In this document: positions 51,019-64,000 of the stretch, in pieces
How positions within the stretch are numbered: the stretch's first letter is position 1
Layout of the letters: each line of letters starts with the position of its first letter
Origin: Tubulanus polymorphus
Lineage: Eukaryota; Animalia; Nemertea
DNA: 64,000 nucleotides
Assembly: GCF_964204645.1 (NCBI RefSeq)
Contig: NC_134033.1
Coordinates: 6,472,231 to 6,536,230 of the forward strand
Reading direction: 5' to 3'
The notes under the pieces: model-generated
What the model saw: the letters and a program-made list of their open reading frames with translations, nothing else
Told to the model about the DNA's origin: nothing
The model's database searches: none
Translations under genes and position numbers: made by a program

Positions 51019-52335
51019 ATGGAACGAAACAACCGATGCTCTGGTGATAAACCAGAATCAGACTTAGTATCAGATTTTGAATCTTTTATGAAAAGCTCAG
51101 TCGCTGACATCATGAAGCGCTTGAATGATATTCAACTTGAGCAGAAACAAATGACCGATAGTTTCGATTCTTTGAAAACCACAGTTCGTGTCCATGATAC
51201 TGACATAAGTAGTATTAATGAAAAACTACAAAACCAATCAAAAACTATCGACGAGCTCGCTGACTCGGTTCAATACACCAGCAAATCCTACGACGACCTT
51301 CAAAATGAAAATCAAAAGTTGATCTCAGACTTGAACTTCACATCAGGGAAAGTAAACAGCCTCACCACAAGCCTTAAAGCCGCAAGGGCAGATATAAAAA
51401 AATTAGAAAGTCTCTGCATAGAGCTGCAGTGCCAAGTGAACTCAGGCCTCACTGCAAACTGCCCCGACCCACTAGACTGTGCAGAACTCTGCATTATCGT
51501 GAGCGACTTGAAGAAAGAATTCCAATCTGATCTCCAAAAAACATGCGAAGAAATGTTTGACTATCTTGGCCATAAACAAGCAATCACAGCTCACAAGCAA
51601 TTGCCGATTAGAAATGGTCAGAGAAATCCGCTTGTAAAGGTCGCGTTGAAAACAAAAGCCATTAAAATCGATGTCTTGCGAAAGAAACATAATCTTAGAA
51701 AAAATCCTAAGTTCACTGATGTCTGGTTGAGATCAAGCCAATCACATGCGGAACGTCTCAATGACATAAACTTCCGAAGAGTTCTAGATTTTATACCAGA
51801 AGCCAAGAAAGAACTTAAAATAGCGAGTAATGGGCGATTGATAAGTCGCTCCGTGCCACATAGGCAACCGATAAACCGCAACGCGCCGGCTCAAAGAAAC
51901 CGAACCCCAGCGACAGAGCCCGATGTAACCCCTGCCCGCGATGAAAGTAATGATGAAAAAAACCGAACCCCAGCGACAGAGCCCGATGTAACCCCTTCCC
52001 GTGATGAAAGTACTTTTTCTGGTTTTACGTTTCGAGCTTCACCTACCCTGCCACCTCAAGTTGCTGTTAATAATGATGCAACATCTGGTGCGAACGAAAC
52101 AACCAGCCGCAAGGAATACGCCACACTGACCAACTCTACGAAATCGCGCACCCGTAAAACCGCGCCTGCTGGAAATCGTAAACGGGATACCGTTAGACCT
52201 CCGGAAAAAAGAGCCAGAGTAGCGTCTGAACCTGAACAATCATCAGTAAACGAAGCGCTCCGAGACGCCAGGTTCGTCTTGGATATGGACAGTGGATTAC
52301 ATCTATCCCAACCGCTAGCAACAGCTCCAGAATAG
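51019..52335 (+). CDS. LINE ORF1 (coiled coil + putative RNA-binding domain + low-complexity tail)
   Basis: ATG at 51019; heptad-rich N-terminal half; 63-bp internal duplication encoding NRTPATEPDVTP.RDES twice. Confidence 0.85.
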   Translation: MERNNRCSGDKPESDLVSDFESFMKSSVADIMKRLNDIQLEQKQMTDSFDSLKTTVRVHDTDISSINEKLQNQSKTIDELADSVQYTSKSYDDLQNENQKLISDLNFTSGKVNSLTTSLKAARADIKKLESLCIELQCQVNSGLTANCPDPLDCAELCIIVSDLKKEFQSDLQKTCEEMFDYLGHKQAITAHKQLPIRNGQRNPLVKVALKTKAIKIDVLRKKHNLRKNPKFTDVWLRSSQSHAERLNDINFRRVLDFIPEAKKELKIASNGRLISRSVPHRQPINRNAPAQRNRTPATEPDVTPARDESNDEKNRTPATEPDVTPSRDESTFSGFTFRASPTLPPQVAVNNDATSGANETTSRKEYATLTNSTKSRTRKTAPAGNRKRDTVRPPEKRARVASEPEQSSVNEALRDARFVLDMDSGLHLSQPLATAPE

Positions 52336-55300
52336 GATTGCGCCGAGCCAGGAGAAATTAGTATCCTGTGTCTGAATATTTGTGGTTTGCAATCTAGATC
52401 ATATACTCTAGAGTTTGATAGTTTATGCAAGTCAGCTGATATTTTAGTTTTTTCTGAAACCAAACTTGATGATTCCGATGAATTGTGGGTAAAAGAGTAT
52501 TTTAAAAGTGTCGGTTACGAAGTAGTCATGAATAACAGATCAAATCTAGCTATAAGGAAATCTGGGGGAATCCTGGTTGCTTTTAAGCAAAGTCTAAACA
52601 GATATATTAAAACTATTCATAAATCAACCAATATCATTCAATGGATTGAAATTGATAAGAGATTCCTAGGGTGGAAAAAACATTTGTTAATTGGAGGAGT
52701 ATATATTCCCCCAGAAACTAGTAGATATGGAAATATTAACTTATTCGATGAACTCGACACTGACGTTATAAACCGAATGAGTTCTACCGATGCTTATTTT
52801 TGTCTATGTGGCGATTTCAATGCCTACACAAAGCAGTTATTAGACTATTTACCCCATGACGAAATACTCATGGAATTCCTAGGCCTAGACGAAGTTTTTG
52901 TGGAAGATCGTCATAACCTTGATGCACTAAAAATACAAGGTCTACTCAATAGGAAAAACAAAGACTCCTCTATCAATAATTGGGGTAATCGTTTGTTAGA
53001 CTTTTGTAAAAATCACAACATGTTCATTGCAAATGGCAGATTAGGTAGGGATAAAGGAATCGGTGAGTACACGTGCATCAAAGGGGAAAATAACCATGTT
53101 ATTGATTACTTTATTATGTCTCCCTATTTGTTGTCAAAATGCGTGAACTTCAATGTAAACGACTATGACCAAATGATTTCAGACGTACACTGTGCTGTTA
53201 CGTGTTCCTTCTCTATTTCACACACGAGAAGTCCATATACAAATGTACAAAACATGCCTAACATACCAGGTAAAATTAAATGGAACAGTGGTCGAAGCGA
53301 TGTTTTTAGAGAGGCAATCAACCAAACCGAATTGAATAAAATAAATATCGAACTTCAAAATGATATAATAGACAGCGCCTGTGCGAATAAGCGTATATGC
53401 GACATTTTAAATAAGGCGGCAGGGGCCACAATGGGCCGAAGCCGGGTTAACTTTGACAAACCAAAAACTTTGTTACATGACTATAAAGTGAAACGAGACC
53501 GTAGAATTTATAGGAAAGCGAAAAGAAATTATAAAAGATATCGATCCGTCCAAAATAGAACTAATCTGAATTCGGCGTATAAGAGGTATAAAACATCGAT
53601 AAAGATATCAAAACAAAAGAAAGTTAAATTGCACAATGACCAAATAGGAAAGTTAGCAAAAGACGATCCAAAAGCTTTTTGGAAATATTTCCGAAAGGAA
53701 AAACCAAATGAATGTAAAGCGTCGCTAGATGATTTATTTGACCACTTTTCCGTCATTAACCAAAACCGTAGTGCAGAAAATGATAATCGTAATTTTTTCA
53801 ATGTGAATGAGTTTCTTCATGACCACAATGATGATGCACTTAATAGGCTAATCACTGAGGGAGAAATATCTAAATGTATAAAATGCCTCAAAAATAATAA
53901 AGCCCCTGGAAACGACGAAATTTTAAACGAATTCCTCAAAACTGCAGAAAATGAAATCATGCCTACCCTCGTTTTGTTGTTTAACAATATTTTGAAAACT
54001 GGCTGCATTCCGGAAGAGTGGGCTGTAGGTATTATCACTCCAATCTTTAAGAATAAGGGAGACCCTTCCAATCCGGATAACTACAGAGGAATTACTCTAT
54101 TAAGCTGTATGAGCAAATTGTTTACGAGCCTGATTAATAAACGTTTAGAGGAGTTTTTGATGGATAACCAATTACAGAATGAAAATCAAGCTGGATTTCG
54201 AAAAAATCGTAGTATCATGGACCATATTTTCACATTGCATTCTCTTATAGATATTCTGACTAGTAATAAGCGGAAGCTTTACTGTATATTTATTGATTAC
54301 CAAAAAGCATTCGATACAATATGGAGAAAAGCACTGTGGCATAAATTAATTTTAACGGGAATTACAGGAAATATCCTCCGAGTGATTCATAACATGTATC
54401 AACATATTAAATCTAAGGTCAAGGTAAACGATCGATTATCAGAAAGCATAGATAGTCAAATTGGGTTACGTCAAGGGGAAAATCTGTCACCAGTGCTTTT
54501 CTCCATATTTGTCAATGACCTCGAGTCTTTCTTATACGAGAAAGGGTGTCAAGGATTAGATTTCCAGCTGGATGATTTCTGGTTTAACATATTAATACTT
54601 TTATATGCCGACGATACTTTATTATTATCTGACAATGCTTCCAAACTGCAAAATATACTTGACCATGTTGTGGATTACTGCCAAACATGGCAGTTAGTAA
54701 TCAATGTCGAAAAAACCAAAGCCATAGTTTTCGAAAAAAGACGATCTAACAGACAGCCCATTTTCTATATCAGGGGGTAGCCTTGGATACAGTATCTGAC
54801 TTTAGATATTTGGGAGTACACTTTAATTATACTGGAAATTTCGCTAAATGCAAAAAAGATATCTGTGACCAAGCAAAAAAAGCACTATTTTTTGTTCTTA
54901 AAAAAGTACAGCAATACTCCCTAACTATAGACATTGCATTTAAAATTTTTGATGCAATGGTGGGATCGATCCTTACCTTTGGTAGTGAAATATGGGGTTT
55001 CTCGAACTTAGATGCAATCGAGAAAATACACCTAATGTTCTGCAAATACTTATTGAAATTGAAACGTGCAACTCCAAATGCTATGGTTTATGGAGAATTA
55101 GGTCGTTTTCCTTTTGAAATACAAATAAAAGTCAGAATGGTTAAGTTTTGGGGACATCTGATCACAGAGAGCAACACTCATTCTAGTAAAATGTATCGTA
55201 TCCTAATAAAAAATCATGTAAATGGTAAGACCAGTAAATGGATCACTTGTATTCAGTCTATCTTAGAAAACTGTGGTCTAGGTTACATTTGGTACGAACA

Positions 55301-55772
55301 ATCTTTCCCGAATATCCGGTATTTATCAGAAACTGTTAAATTATGTTTACAAGATCAATTCAAACAGAAATGGCACCAGACTATCGCAGCTTCAACAAAA
55401 CTAGATACCTATAGAATTATTAAGCCGAATTGGGGGCGGGAAGTATGTTCATTAGCACTACCATTTGACCTCAGGACAAATGTAATACGGTTTCGTTGCT
55501 CTAATCATAATCTACCGATTGAAACAAGAAGATATGAAAATATCCCCCGAAATTAACGACTTTGTACCAAATGTAACCTAGGGCAAATCGGCGACGAATA
55601 CCATTTTATAATGGAGTGTACTTTTTTCGAAAGTTTAAGAAGTCGGTACATACCGCAACAAATAGTAACGTTTCCTAATATAAGAAAATTTATGAACCTT
55701 TTTACGTCAGAAAACCCAAACGTCCTAAGGAATCTTGCAGTTTTTATTAAAAAGGCACATAGCCTCATCTAG
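52336..55772 (+). pseudogene. LINE ORF2 (APE endonuclease-RT-CCHC) with one frameshift and one nonsense codon
   Basis: ILCLNICGL, SETKL, GDFNA, IDY, SDVH, YRGITLLS, QAGFR, GLRQGENLSP, YADD; frameshift at the G5 run near 54775; TAA at 55554-55556. Confidence 0.92.
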
Positions 55773-56114
55773 CCTCACCTCATCGCTGTTCCTGGTATAC
55801 ACGAACTTTTCAAAATAACTTTTCAATTGTAAATATAACTAGTTATTGTATGACTAGCAACTGTTATTGTATAACTGCAAACTGTTTATTTTGTATGTAT
55901 CCTGTGCTCGCAAAAAATGTACAATTTTCTGGAGCAATAAATTTAAATCTAAAAAAAATCTTCAAAACGGCTCATCCTTTATCCTAAATGTATTCAAATA
56001 ATTAGTTTGTAATTAAATACTTGGTTTGTAATTAGCTTAGAATTTAGCACTTGTAATTTTGTAACTTATGTTGTATATAAACCTGTAGTTTAATCATTTG
56101 ATTCACTTGTATTT

Positions 56115-56151
56115 CACCTGATGAGGGGATATGATCCCGAAAACGTTCGTG
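56115..56151 (+). ncRNA. Minimal type I hammerhead ribozyme (3' pLTR copy)
   Basis: Identical to 48172-48208. Confidence 0.88.
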
Positions 56152-59100
56152 TTAATAAACTGTATTTACTCATTAGAAAATGAGGTTTTTAATGTTATCG
56201 CTTCTATGGTTATTCGGATATTTGAACTCTCTTCCTAAGATCTATTTCTTTAGTAGTATAAATAAAGAGGGGATCAGCAGGCCACCTGAGACCATTCCAC
56301 GATCTAAGGTCAGTTGCCAAAAGTTAGTAAGTTTACCAGTGGATAGTTAACATTTATAATGACGCTTAAATTTTCATTGCTAAAATAGCTTTGTACTTGT
56401 TGACTCAAAAGCAGAGAATTGAAAATACGATAATACGATACGAAAACTCAGTGTACAAATTCAAAAAGATTATCTCTAGTGAGAGATCGAACGTTGTGTC
56501 GTAATTTTCTAATGATAAAACATGGTTTGAAATTTGAAATGTGTACATAGTTGATATTTTTCAGTGTATTTAGTCATGTATCATATTGGATGATGGTTAA
56601 TTTAAACTATCTTTTGAGAAACGGGTCCCAGAGCTGTATCCTTTACTCCTGTAATAGAGGATGCAATCTATTTGCGACAAACAGCTAGTGCAAATAGCTA
56701 GAAAAGGTAACAATAGTGCATTGGCAAACTTAGAGCAAGCGTACATTGGTTGTTTAGGTTTTTCGAAGGGGAGATTTGTGGGAAAATTAATCATTACTGA
56801 GATATATCCGTGGCGGGCTTTTCCAGGGATTTAAAAAGTTGAGCTGTACACAAGGAATTTTGTGTAGTCCAATATCCGTGATTACCTCTGGCGTGGAGAG
56901 ATACAATCTAAAACGAACCCTAGAGTCAAATATTTTACCACAATTTTTTTATGATCAATAAAAATATTGAGTAATAGACATTCAAACAGTATTCTCTAAA
57001 TTCCACTCCATTTTAAACTCATTCATCTCTACACAAACTCCAACTTGTTGAACAGTCCACATTAAAATTAGGAACCACTATTCTTGCTTATCTACACTGG
57101 CTACCAATCTAACAAAGGATTAAATTTGAGTGTTTGATGTTATAACAATACCAGACTGAGTTATGGATTCGGTTTCTACTTTTTAATTGAATATTTATAT
57201 CACATATTGGGCATCATTTTTACCAGTATATATGGAATAACCTATCCATATATCATGTTCAATTCTATATAATCTTACTTTGAGATGTCATTCAATCAAT
57301 GCATTCACATGCGGTCGTTACTTTCAATAGCCTCCACGGACTGGCTCTCTTATTATTTCTTTGGCGATACCATCGGCGGACGATCCCACACGTTTCTTGC
57401 TCCAGCCCTAGAATGCTCAATATTCGTCATGAACCCCGATTTGAATTTAAATTCAAAATACTCCTAAAACACACCTGTTAACTAGATTACTCTAAAACAC
57501 CTTTATGTGCAAGAATCAGTAAAATTGAGGCTTCATCAGTTGTATTCATCATTCGTACCCACGAATCTCGTATCGTATCCTATGAATGTGGAGACCCATC
57601 CTCGTAAAGAGAATGAATAGGCTCTGTTGCGTTCATAATCATTTGATTTGAGGCTACGTGTCATCTTCAATTGAAATCACGTTGTTTTTTTCAAGGGTGG
57701 GCGAGAATATATTCTTATGTTTTTGTTTCTCTGAATTTTGCTATTTAAGAGTTCAATCATTTCAGTCTACCAAACAAAGGATTTTCCGTATGTTTCGTGA
57801 CATGTTTTTCCATAACCCTAGGAGAGAATTTTAGGAATTTTTTGCGGATGACCGAAAGCTGCTGTCCCTTTCTAGTAATTTGATGATATCCGTCGAAATC
57901 TAAATTCTAAAAAGGAATCAGGCATATCTTCTTGTTTGACTAGATATGAACTCAACAACAAGTGACACTCCCTTCAAAGGCACCGAAGTAAAATCATGTG
58001 TCGAGTGGAGATGATATTGTGTCAGAATTTCTTCAAAATCGGAGGAAATAGAATATTTTGAAAATAATCATTTTACATGAATGTTTAAATCCGTTATAAC
58101 TGGAACAATTTTCATGAAAAAATATCTATGGAATCAGCGAAATGTAATGAAGAAGAATACTATGTTTAAAAAGTTATCAAAGACATTTGAAAAAAGTTTT
58201 CTGAATTCGTCAACTGTTAAACTAGTAACAACCAGATGTGTTCCCATTAAACCACCGACCGCGAGCCGAGTCGATGTGAGATGTGCCCTACACTGAAAAT
58301 CTCAAGTGCTATACAACCGGTTTTTTAGGTGCCTCTGAATGTCGGCCGTTAAAAAACTGAACAATTCCCATTTGGAAAGGGCCTACGTAGTTAGAGAAAA
58401 TTCAAGATGTGTGTATCGTGTGATACAGGCTCCATATTTCATGTGCGTTTGGAATTTAACCTTGTTTATAACGAAACACGCATGTAAGAGCGCACGAAAG
58501 TGTTTCATGAGACCCGCAAATTACGTCAAGTTATTCATGCATTTTTGATTTATATGAATAAATTTCGCTTAAATCTTTAAATTTCTCAGGTGGATTATTC
58601 AATAAATTCACAACAGTCCATTATGGATTAGTTTGACGCCAATCGTTCTTTTAAAGATCTTTCTTTCTCGAAGAAAGATTTTCTTAAAAACTTTGATTAT
58701 GGCTAATCTTTTATGTGTCCGATAGTTAAACCTTCGGGTATTATACTAGAACACAAATTTTTAAAGATATTCATATACATACTGAAGGATATCACAGTTT
58801 ATACCCGAAGATATATATATAGTTGGATAGATCTTTTTGTTTCGACTCGCATGCGACAGTAAAAGCGGTACTTGATATAATAAGTGAACTTCATCATTGA
58901 TATTTTCACTAATCTACTTGAATTCCAAAAAAGAACTGACAATGAAAAAGGGTTACAGCTGTGACTGATATCACTCCAAATTTCAATTCCTATGAACACT
59001 TTTCATATAAAGAAAACTATTAACGAAACAGTTTTTAGAGGCGAAGAATCCGCGTTACCATCGAATTTTCAAAACTTGAAGGAATGGTTAATGCCTCGGT

Positions 59101-59577
59101 GACCACTGGTCTAGTACGCGGTTTTCTGAAATGAAAGTGGCCAAGTCTAAAGAACAACTATTGTATCACATGATTTCAAATATTAGGAACCCAATGCGTT
59201 TAATGATTTAATTAATTGGTATCGCGCAGATTGGTTGAAAGACGGGTGTTAGTCACCTTGTGATTTAATTGTTTTTCATGCATCGATTTATTAATCTTAT
59301 TATAACTTATTTGTAGGCGCTTCTCACAAACATTTTCAAACGCAGTACTGTTCACATGATTCGAGTCAAGTAGTAAAAAAGTTTATGTATTAGCATTACT
59401 ATGCAGTGAATATTACGCACTGCGGCAAGTGAGGTGCTGTGATCCAGATGTGTAACCCATTTATGGGTAATAATTTTCCATCATGTCAACGCCATTCAAA
59501 AACAGTAGCAAAACTTTCTGCTGGTTTCTAGAAATAGCAATACGACGACAAGCACTTTCGAATTCGACCACGATATT

Positions 59578-60170
59578 TGAGAAGTTTCACTTGGGCAGTG
59601 GTGGTCAGTGATGGTCAATTTATGAATTTTAATGGCGAATCCTTTCTAGTTTCACACCAAATGCGGTACCGGTATATCGTTCTTTCAAGAAGTTTCAATT
59701 GGTCAGTGGTGGTCAGTGATGGTCAATTTATGAATTTTCAATGGCGAATCCTTTCTAGTTTCACATCAAATGCGGTACCGGTATATCGTTCTTTCAAGAA
59801 GTTTCAATTGGTCAGTGGTGGTCAGTGATGGTCAATTTATGAATTTTCAATGGCGAATCCTTTCTAGTTTCACATCAAATGCGGTACCGGTATATCGTTC
59901 TTTCAAGAAGTTTCAATTGGTCAGTGGTGGTCAGTGATGGTCAATTTATTAATTTTCAATGGCGAATCCTTTCTAGTTTCACATCTAATGCGGTACCGGT
60001 ATATCGCTCTTTCAAGAAGTTTCAATTGGTCAGTGGTGGTCAGTGATGGTCAATTTAGTAATTTTCAATGGCGAATCCTTTCTAGTTTGACACCATAACG
60101 CGGTATATCGTTTTCATATTCGAGAAGTTTGAATTGGTCATTGGTGGTCAGTGATGGTCAGTGATGAATT
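59578..60170. repeat. 109-bp tandem repeat, about 5.5 copies
   Basis: ggtcagtggtggtcagtgatggtca recurs at 59701, 59810, 59919 and 60028, with diverged end copies. Confidence 0.95.
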
Positions 60171-62686
60171 TGCAATGATGATTCCTTAGTAGTTTGAAAA
60201 CAAACATTACATGATAAATTTCCGAAATTCGAAGTCAAGTGTTCAGACTCTGGGATATCTCAATTGGTCAGTTACTGACCATCATGGTGTCACCATTGTG
60301 GTCTATAGCTCAAATGAAACATGTGGAACCGACGAAGGGGCCCAAAAGCGTTAAATCATTTTCTGGAGTGACGTGATCCAAAAATGCCTTAACTGGAAAA
60401 GGCAGTCTCTCAATTGGATGAAACCAAATCGGACAGGACAATTAAAATTTGGGAAGGTAGTGGTCTTTCCACGAAGCCCACGCGGTGAGCGTATTATTAT
60501 GAAATCTTTTTTTAAACCACCATGTACCATGAAGTAATAAGCATCGTTGTAAGCACTTGAAACAGCCATTAACCACTTGAAACTGTCAGATCAAACATCA
60601 TACCGCATCCCCGCAAAGAGGGGTGGTTCAGCAAACCGGAGTTTTCATTGGCCTCTCTAGACTACCCCGCCAGTACGGGTAGCCGAGCAAACCGGAAAAC
60701 TCATAATGGTAGGCTATTCAATTGAGTTGCAATTCTGAACTAGCAAGTATGACGATACCAATGACAGGGTTCGTAGTGGGTCTTCCAAGTCGGTATTTAA
60801 GAAAAAAATCATCAATTTTTACATTTTGTGGATGGAGGTATTCTGACTTGTGAAATTACGGCCAATCTAATACTGCGTCGCTAGTACATTTGTAGGCTAT
60901 ATACGCGCGTCAGCAGTCAGCCGCGTGTGCGCGAATATAGGTTACAGTATATGGCTGTGGGTGTTAGTAATCAGCTGAGCGAGTCTATATATTCACCCAG
61001 CAATGGCAGCGGTTGTCTCCACCAGTGATCTCCGTCGCTCTACGATCCTAGTGTAACCAACCTGTGGTACATCCATATATATATGAGCCATCCACGTTCC
61101 CGTCTCGACCCGTTACTGTCTCGACCCGTTCCCGTCTCGACCCTACGGTACATCAGACACTAAGATTCTTGGTGAAGTCTATATATAGCACAGTGACTCG
61201 GCAATCATAGTATACACAGAACTCTAACTTATCCGCAGGCGCATATATTGTCAGCCTCATACATCTTCAATCGAAATTAATTTATATTTAGTATAATATT
61301 TTTGACAATATATGCACTAAATGATTTAATGGAGAGCCACAGGGCCATTGGAGCTTTATTTTACATATTACATCACTTACAACGATAAACGTCCGTCGCC
61401 GACAGAAAAATTCGGAATGACAAAAACTTCCGCATTGAGAGCGCCACCGCACCAATTCAAATTCAATTATATGGATCGTAAACCCTCCAGCGATGCACTC
61501 TATGATCTTTAGAACCTGTCTCTGCTGACTGGGAATAAGATATTTCTCAGCGCGACGGGGCGCAGCGTCACCAGGTCCCGCTCCGCGAGGAAGCTAGATT
61601 TTTTCAAAGAAATGAGTGCACGCGTACGGCCGTGACCACTTGTTAGTGACGTCATCAAGAAGGATGGCTCCGAGAATCGCCACATCACAGGTCAACAGTA
61701 TATCCACTCACCATGTAGCAACTGACACCGAGTAGCTGCCACACTGTGTGGTAACTGACACCGAGTAGTACCTCTCTTGCCACAGGTGGCTAAAATAGCA
61801 CAGTTTTAGGCAAAGTAATGCTACTAGGTTCAAATCTCAGAATATGTTACTACTAAACACAATCGGTACTTTCAGATACATATATAAATTTCGGGTGTGA
61901 TCAGTGGCTCAAGTTTATGAAATGATTCTTTAAACCTGTTCGATTTTAATAGGTGGATTATCTAAAAGATTTCCAAACAATCAAAAAATCAAAATGAAAA
62001 TCGTTTTGCAGCCCGAAACTCAAAGCATGAAGTGCATCCGTGACTACAGTCAGAAAAATCTGAATCGAGTATCATTGTAATTTCCTATTTTGAGGTTCGG
62101 ATTAAGGGAGAGTCTAATACTACCAGATGGTCCTTCAGTTATACTTTTAAATCTAAATGATGTTACGTTTAATCTCTCTTTTTTGGAATTAATTGTAATG
62201 AATGTTTAAAGTCACACTAATTAGTCTTCGGTGTTACATGCAACCCTCTCTAAAGATCATTGAGTTTGATAATCAGAATTTCTCTATACTTAAATTGGAA
62301 TAATATTATGTTTGATCTTGAATCTTTTTAGTAGGACCGGATTAAAAAGATGTTTGAACTAAAAAGAAAAGGTTTCATAAGGGATGATTCACACTTCCTG
62401 CATGTAGGCAAAAATTAGTTTTGAAAGTTTTGTAAGAAAGAATAATGCACAACAGAAAATGAAACAAAAAACGCTCAAATATATTTCTATATAAAGGATC
62501 TTTATTTGTACATTTTATACTGAACCTACCAAAGAAAGGAAATAAACTCCAAAGCATATCGTTATAACTAAATTTTAGAAATACATTCTGCTGAAAAGTA
62601 TGACTGGGTGCGTTGTTCATGGCGACTACCATATTCTTTCCCAATAACATTGCGCTTACATTTCATACCACGAATAACGCAATGCA

Positions 62687-64000
62687 AATATAGGGACTGG
62701 GTGTCAGCTACACAGGACCTAATATAGGGACTGGGTGTCAGTTACACAGGACCTAATATAGGGACTGGGTGTCAGCTACACAGGACCTAATATAGGGACT
62801 GGGTGTCAGCTACACAGGACCTAATATAGGGACTGGGTGTCAGCTACACAGGACCTAATATAGGGACTGGGTGTCAGTTACACAGGACCTAATATAGGGA
62901 CTGGGTGTCAGCTACACAGGACCTAATATAGGGACAGGGTGTCAGCTACACAGGACCTAATATAGGGACTGGGTGTCCGCTACACAGGACCTAATATAGG
63001 GACTGGGTGTCCGCTACACAGGACCTTATACAGGGACTGGGTGTCAGCTACTCAGGACCTAATATAGGGACTGGGTGTCAGCTACACAGGACCTTATACA
63101 GGGACTGGGTGTCAGCTACACAGGACCTAATATAGGGACTGGGTGTCAGCTACACAGGACCTTATACAGGGACTGGGTGTCAGCTACACAGGATCTAATA
63201 TAGGGACTGGGTGTCAGCTACACAGGACCTAATATAGGGACTGGGTGTCAGCTACACAGGACCTTATACAGGGACTGGGTGTCAGCTACACAGGACCTAA
63301 TATAGGGACTGGGTGCCAGTTACACAGGACCTAATATAAGGCCTGGGTGTCAGCTACACAGGACCTAATATAGGGACTGGGTGTCAGCTACACAGGACCT
63401 AATATAGGGACTGGGTGCCAGTTACACAGGGCCTAATATAGGGACTGGGTGTCAGCTACACAGGACCTTATACAGGGACTGGGTGTCAGCTACACAGGAC
63501 CTAATATAGGGACTGGGTGTCAGCTACACAGGACCTTATACAGGGACTGGGTGTCAGCTACACAGGATCTAATATAGGGACTGGGTGTCAGCTACACAGG
63601 ACCTAATATAGGGACTGGGTGTCAGCTACACAGGACCTTATACAGGGACTGGGTGTCAGCTACACAGGACCTAATATAGGGACTGGGTGCCAGTTACACA
63701 GGACCTAATATAAGGCCTGGGTGTCAGCTACACAGGACCTAATATAGGGACTGGGTGTCAGCTACACAGGACCTTATACATGGACTGGGTGTCAGCTACA
63801 CAGGACCTAATATAGGGACTGGGTGTCAGCTACACAGGACCTAATATAAGGACTGGGTGTCAGCTACACAGGACCTAATATAGGGACTGGGTGCCAGTTA
63901 CACAGGGCCTAATATAGGGACTGGCTGTCAGCTACACAGGGCCTAATATAGGGACTGGGTGCCAGTTACACAGGGCCTAATATAGGGACTGGGTGTCAGC
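62687..64000. repeat. 34-bp minisatellite array (at least 38 units, runs off the window)
   Basis: Unit AATATAGGGACTGGGTGTCAGCTACACAGGACCT head-to-tail with no spacers. Confidence 0.98.

Larger units (their letters stand above)
50658..55960 (+). mobile_element. Apparently full-length APE-type LINE, RTE-X-like
   Basis: 5' UTR, coiled-coil ORF1, ORF2 with APE endonuclease, RT (YADD), MVYGELGRFP and C-terminal RLCTKC...DEYHFIMEC; AATAAA plus short AAATC-type tail; the Penelope sequence resumes on the far side. Confidence 0.9.
46742..56249 (+). mobile_element. Penelope-like element: inverted 3' piece + partial tandem copy (pLTR) + full-length copy, interrupted by a LINE
   Basis: Inverted piece 46742-47312, partial copy from about 47313, full ORF from 48237, resumes at 55961; flanked by 13-bp direct repeat TATTTCTTTAGTA (46731-46743, 56243-56255). 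Confidence 0.95.

Noticed and set aside
59578-60170. Possible CRISPR array or coding repeat (ORF 59577-59828)
   Set aside because: Whole 109-bp units are repeated and the period is not a multiple of 3
62687-64000. CRISPR-like 34-bp repeats
   Set aside because: Units are head-to-tail with no unique spacers, no cas genes, eukaryotic context

Overview
Eukaryotic, AT-rich, intron-containing and transposon-dense genomic DNA, most likely from an invertebrate animal (species cannot be called). The left third holds a divergent collagen prolyl 4-hydroxylase alpha-subunit (P4HA-like) gene on the minus strand, which the ORF track shows only in fragments. I reconstructed 11 phase-compatible GT-AG exons by hand (21620 down to 2777; 565 codons, with the final exon not found in the window), and the HxD...H...K catalytic residues are intact. 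Its introns carry a complete antisense DUF229 (alkaline-phosphatase/sulfatase-superfamily) gene, a tRNA-Cys(GCA) plus a decayed copy, and nested TIR/foldback elements; a Ty3/gypsy integrase remnant lies just downstream, probably in the last intron. The rest is a stack of mobile DNA: a decayed LINE abutting a decayed Penelope element with a mutated hammerhead, an AT-rich Polinton/adintovirus-like fragment (packaging ATPase and zinc-finger ORF), SINE/MITE/Helentron-like elements, a BEL/Pao LTR element missing its RT core, and a young Penelope element with three identical minimal hammerhead ribozymes. That Penelope is interrupted by a near-intact RTE-X-like LINE whose ORF1 and ORF2 are in frame, separated by one UAG with no AUG before the endonuclease motifs (candidate stop-codon readthrough). 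The window ends in 109-bp and 34-bp tandem arrays. No CRISPR or prokaryotic system is present. All calls are manual; no database searches were run.
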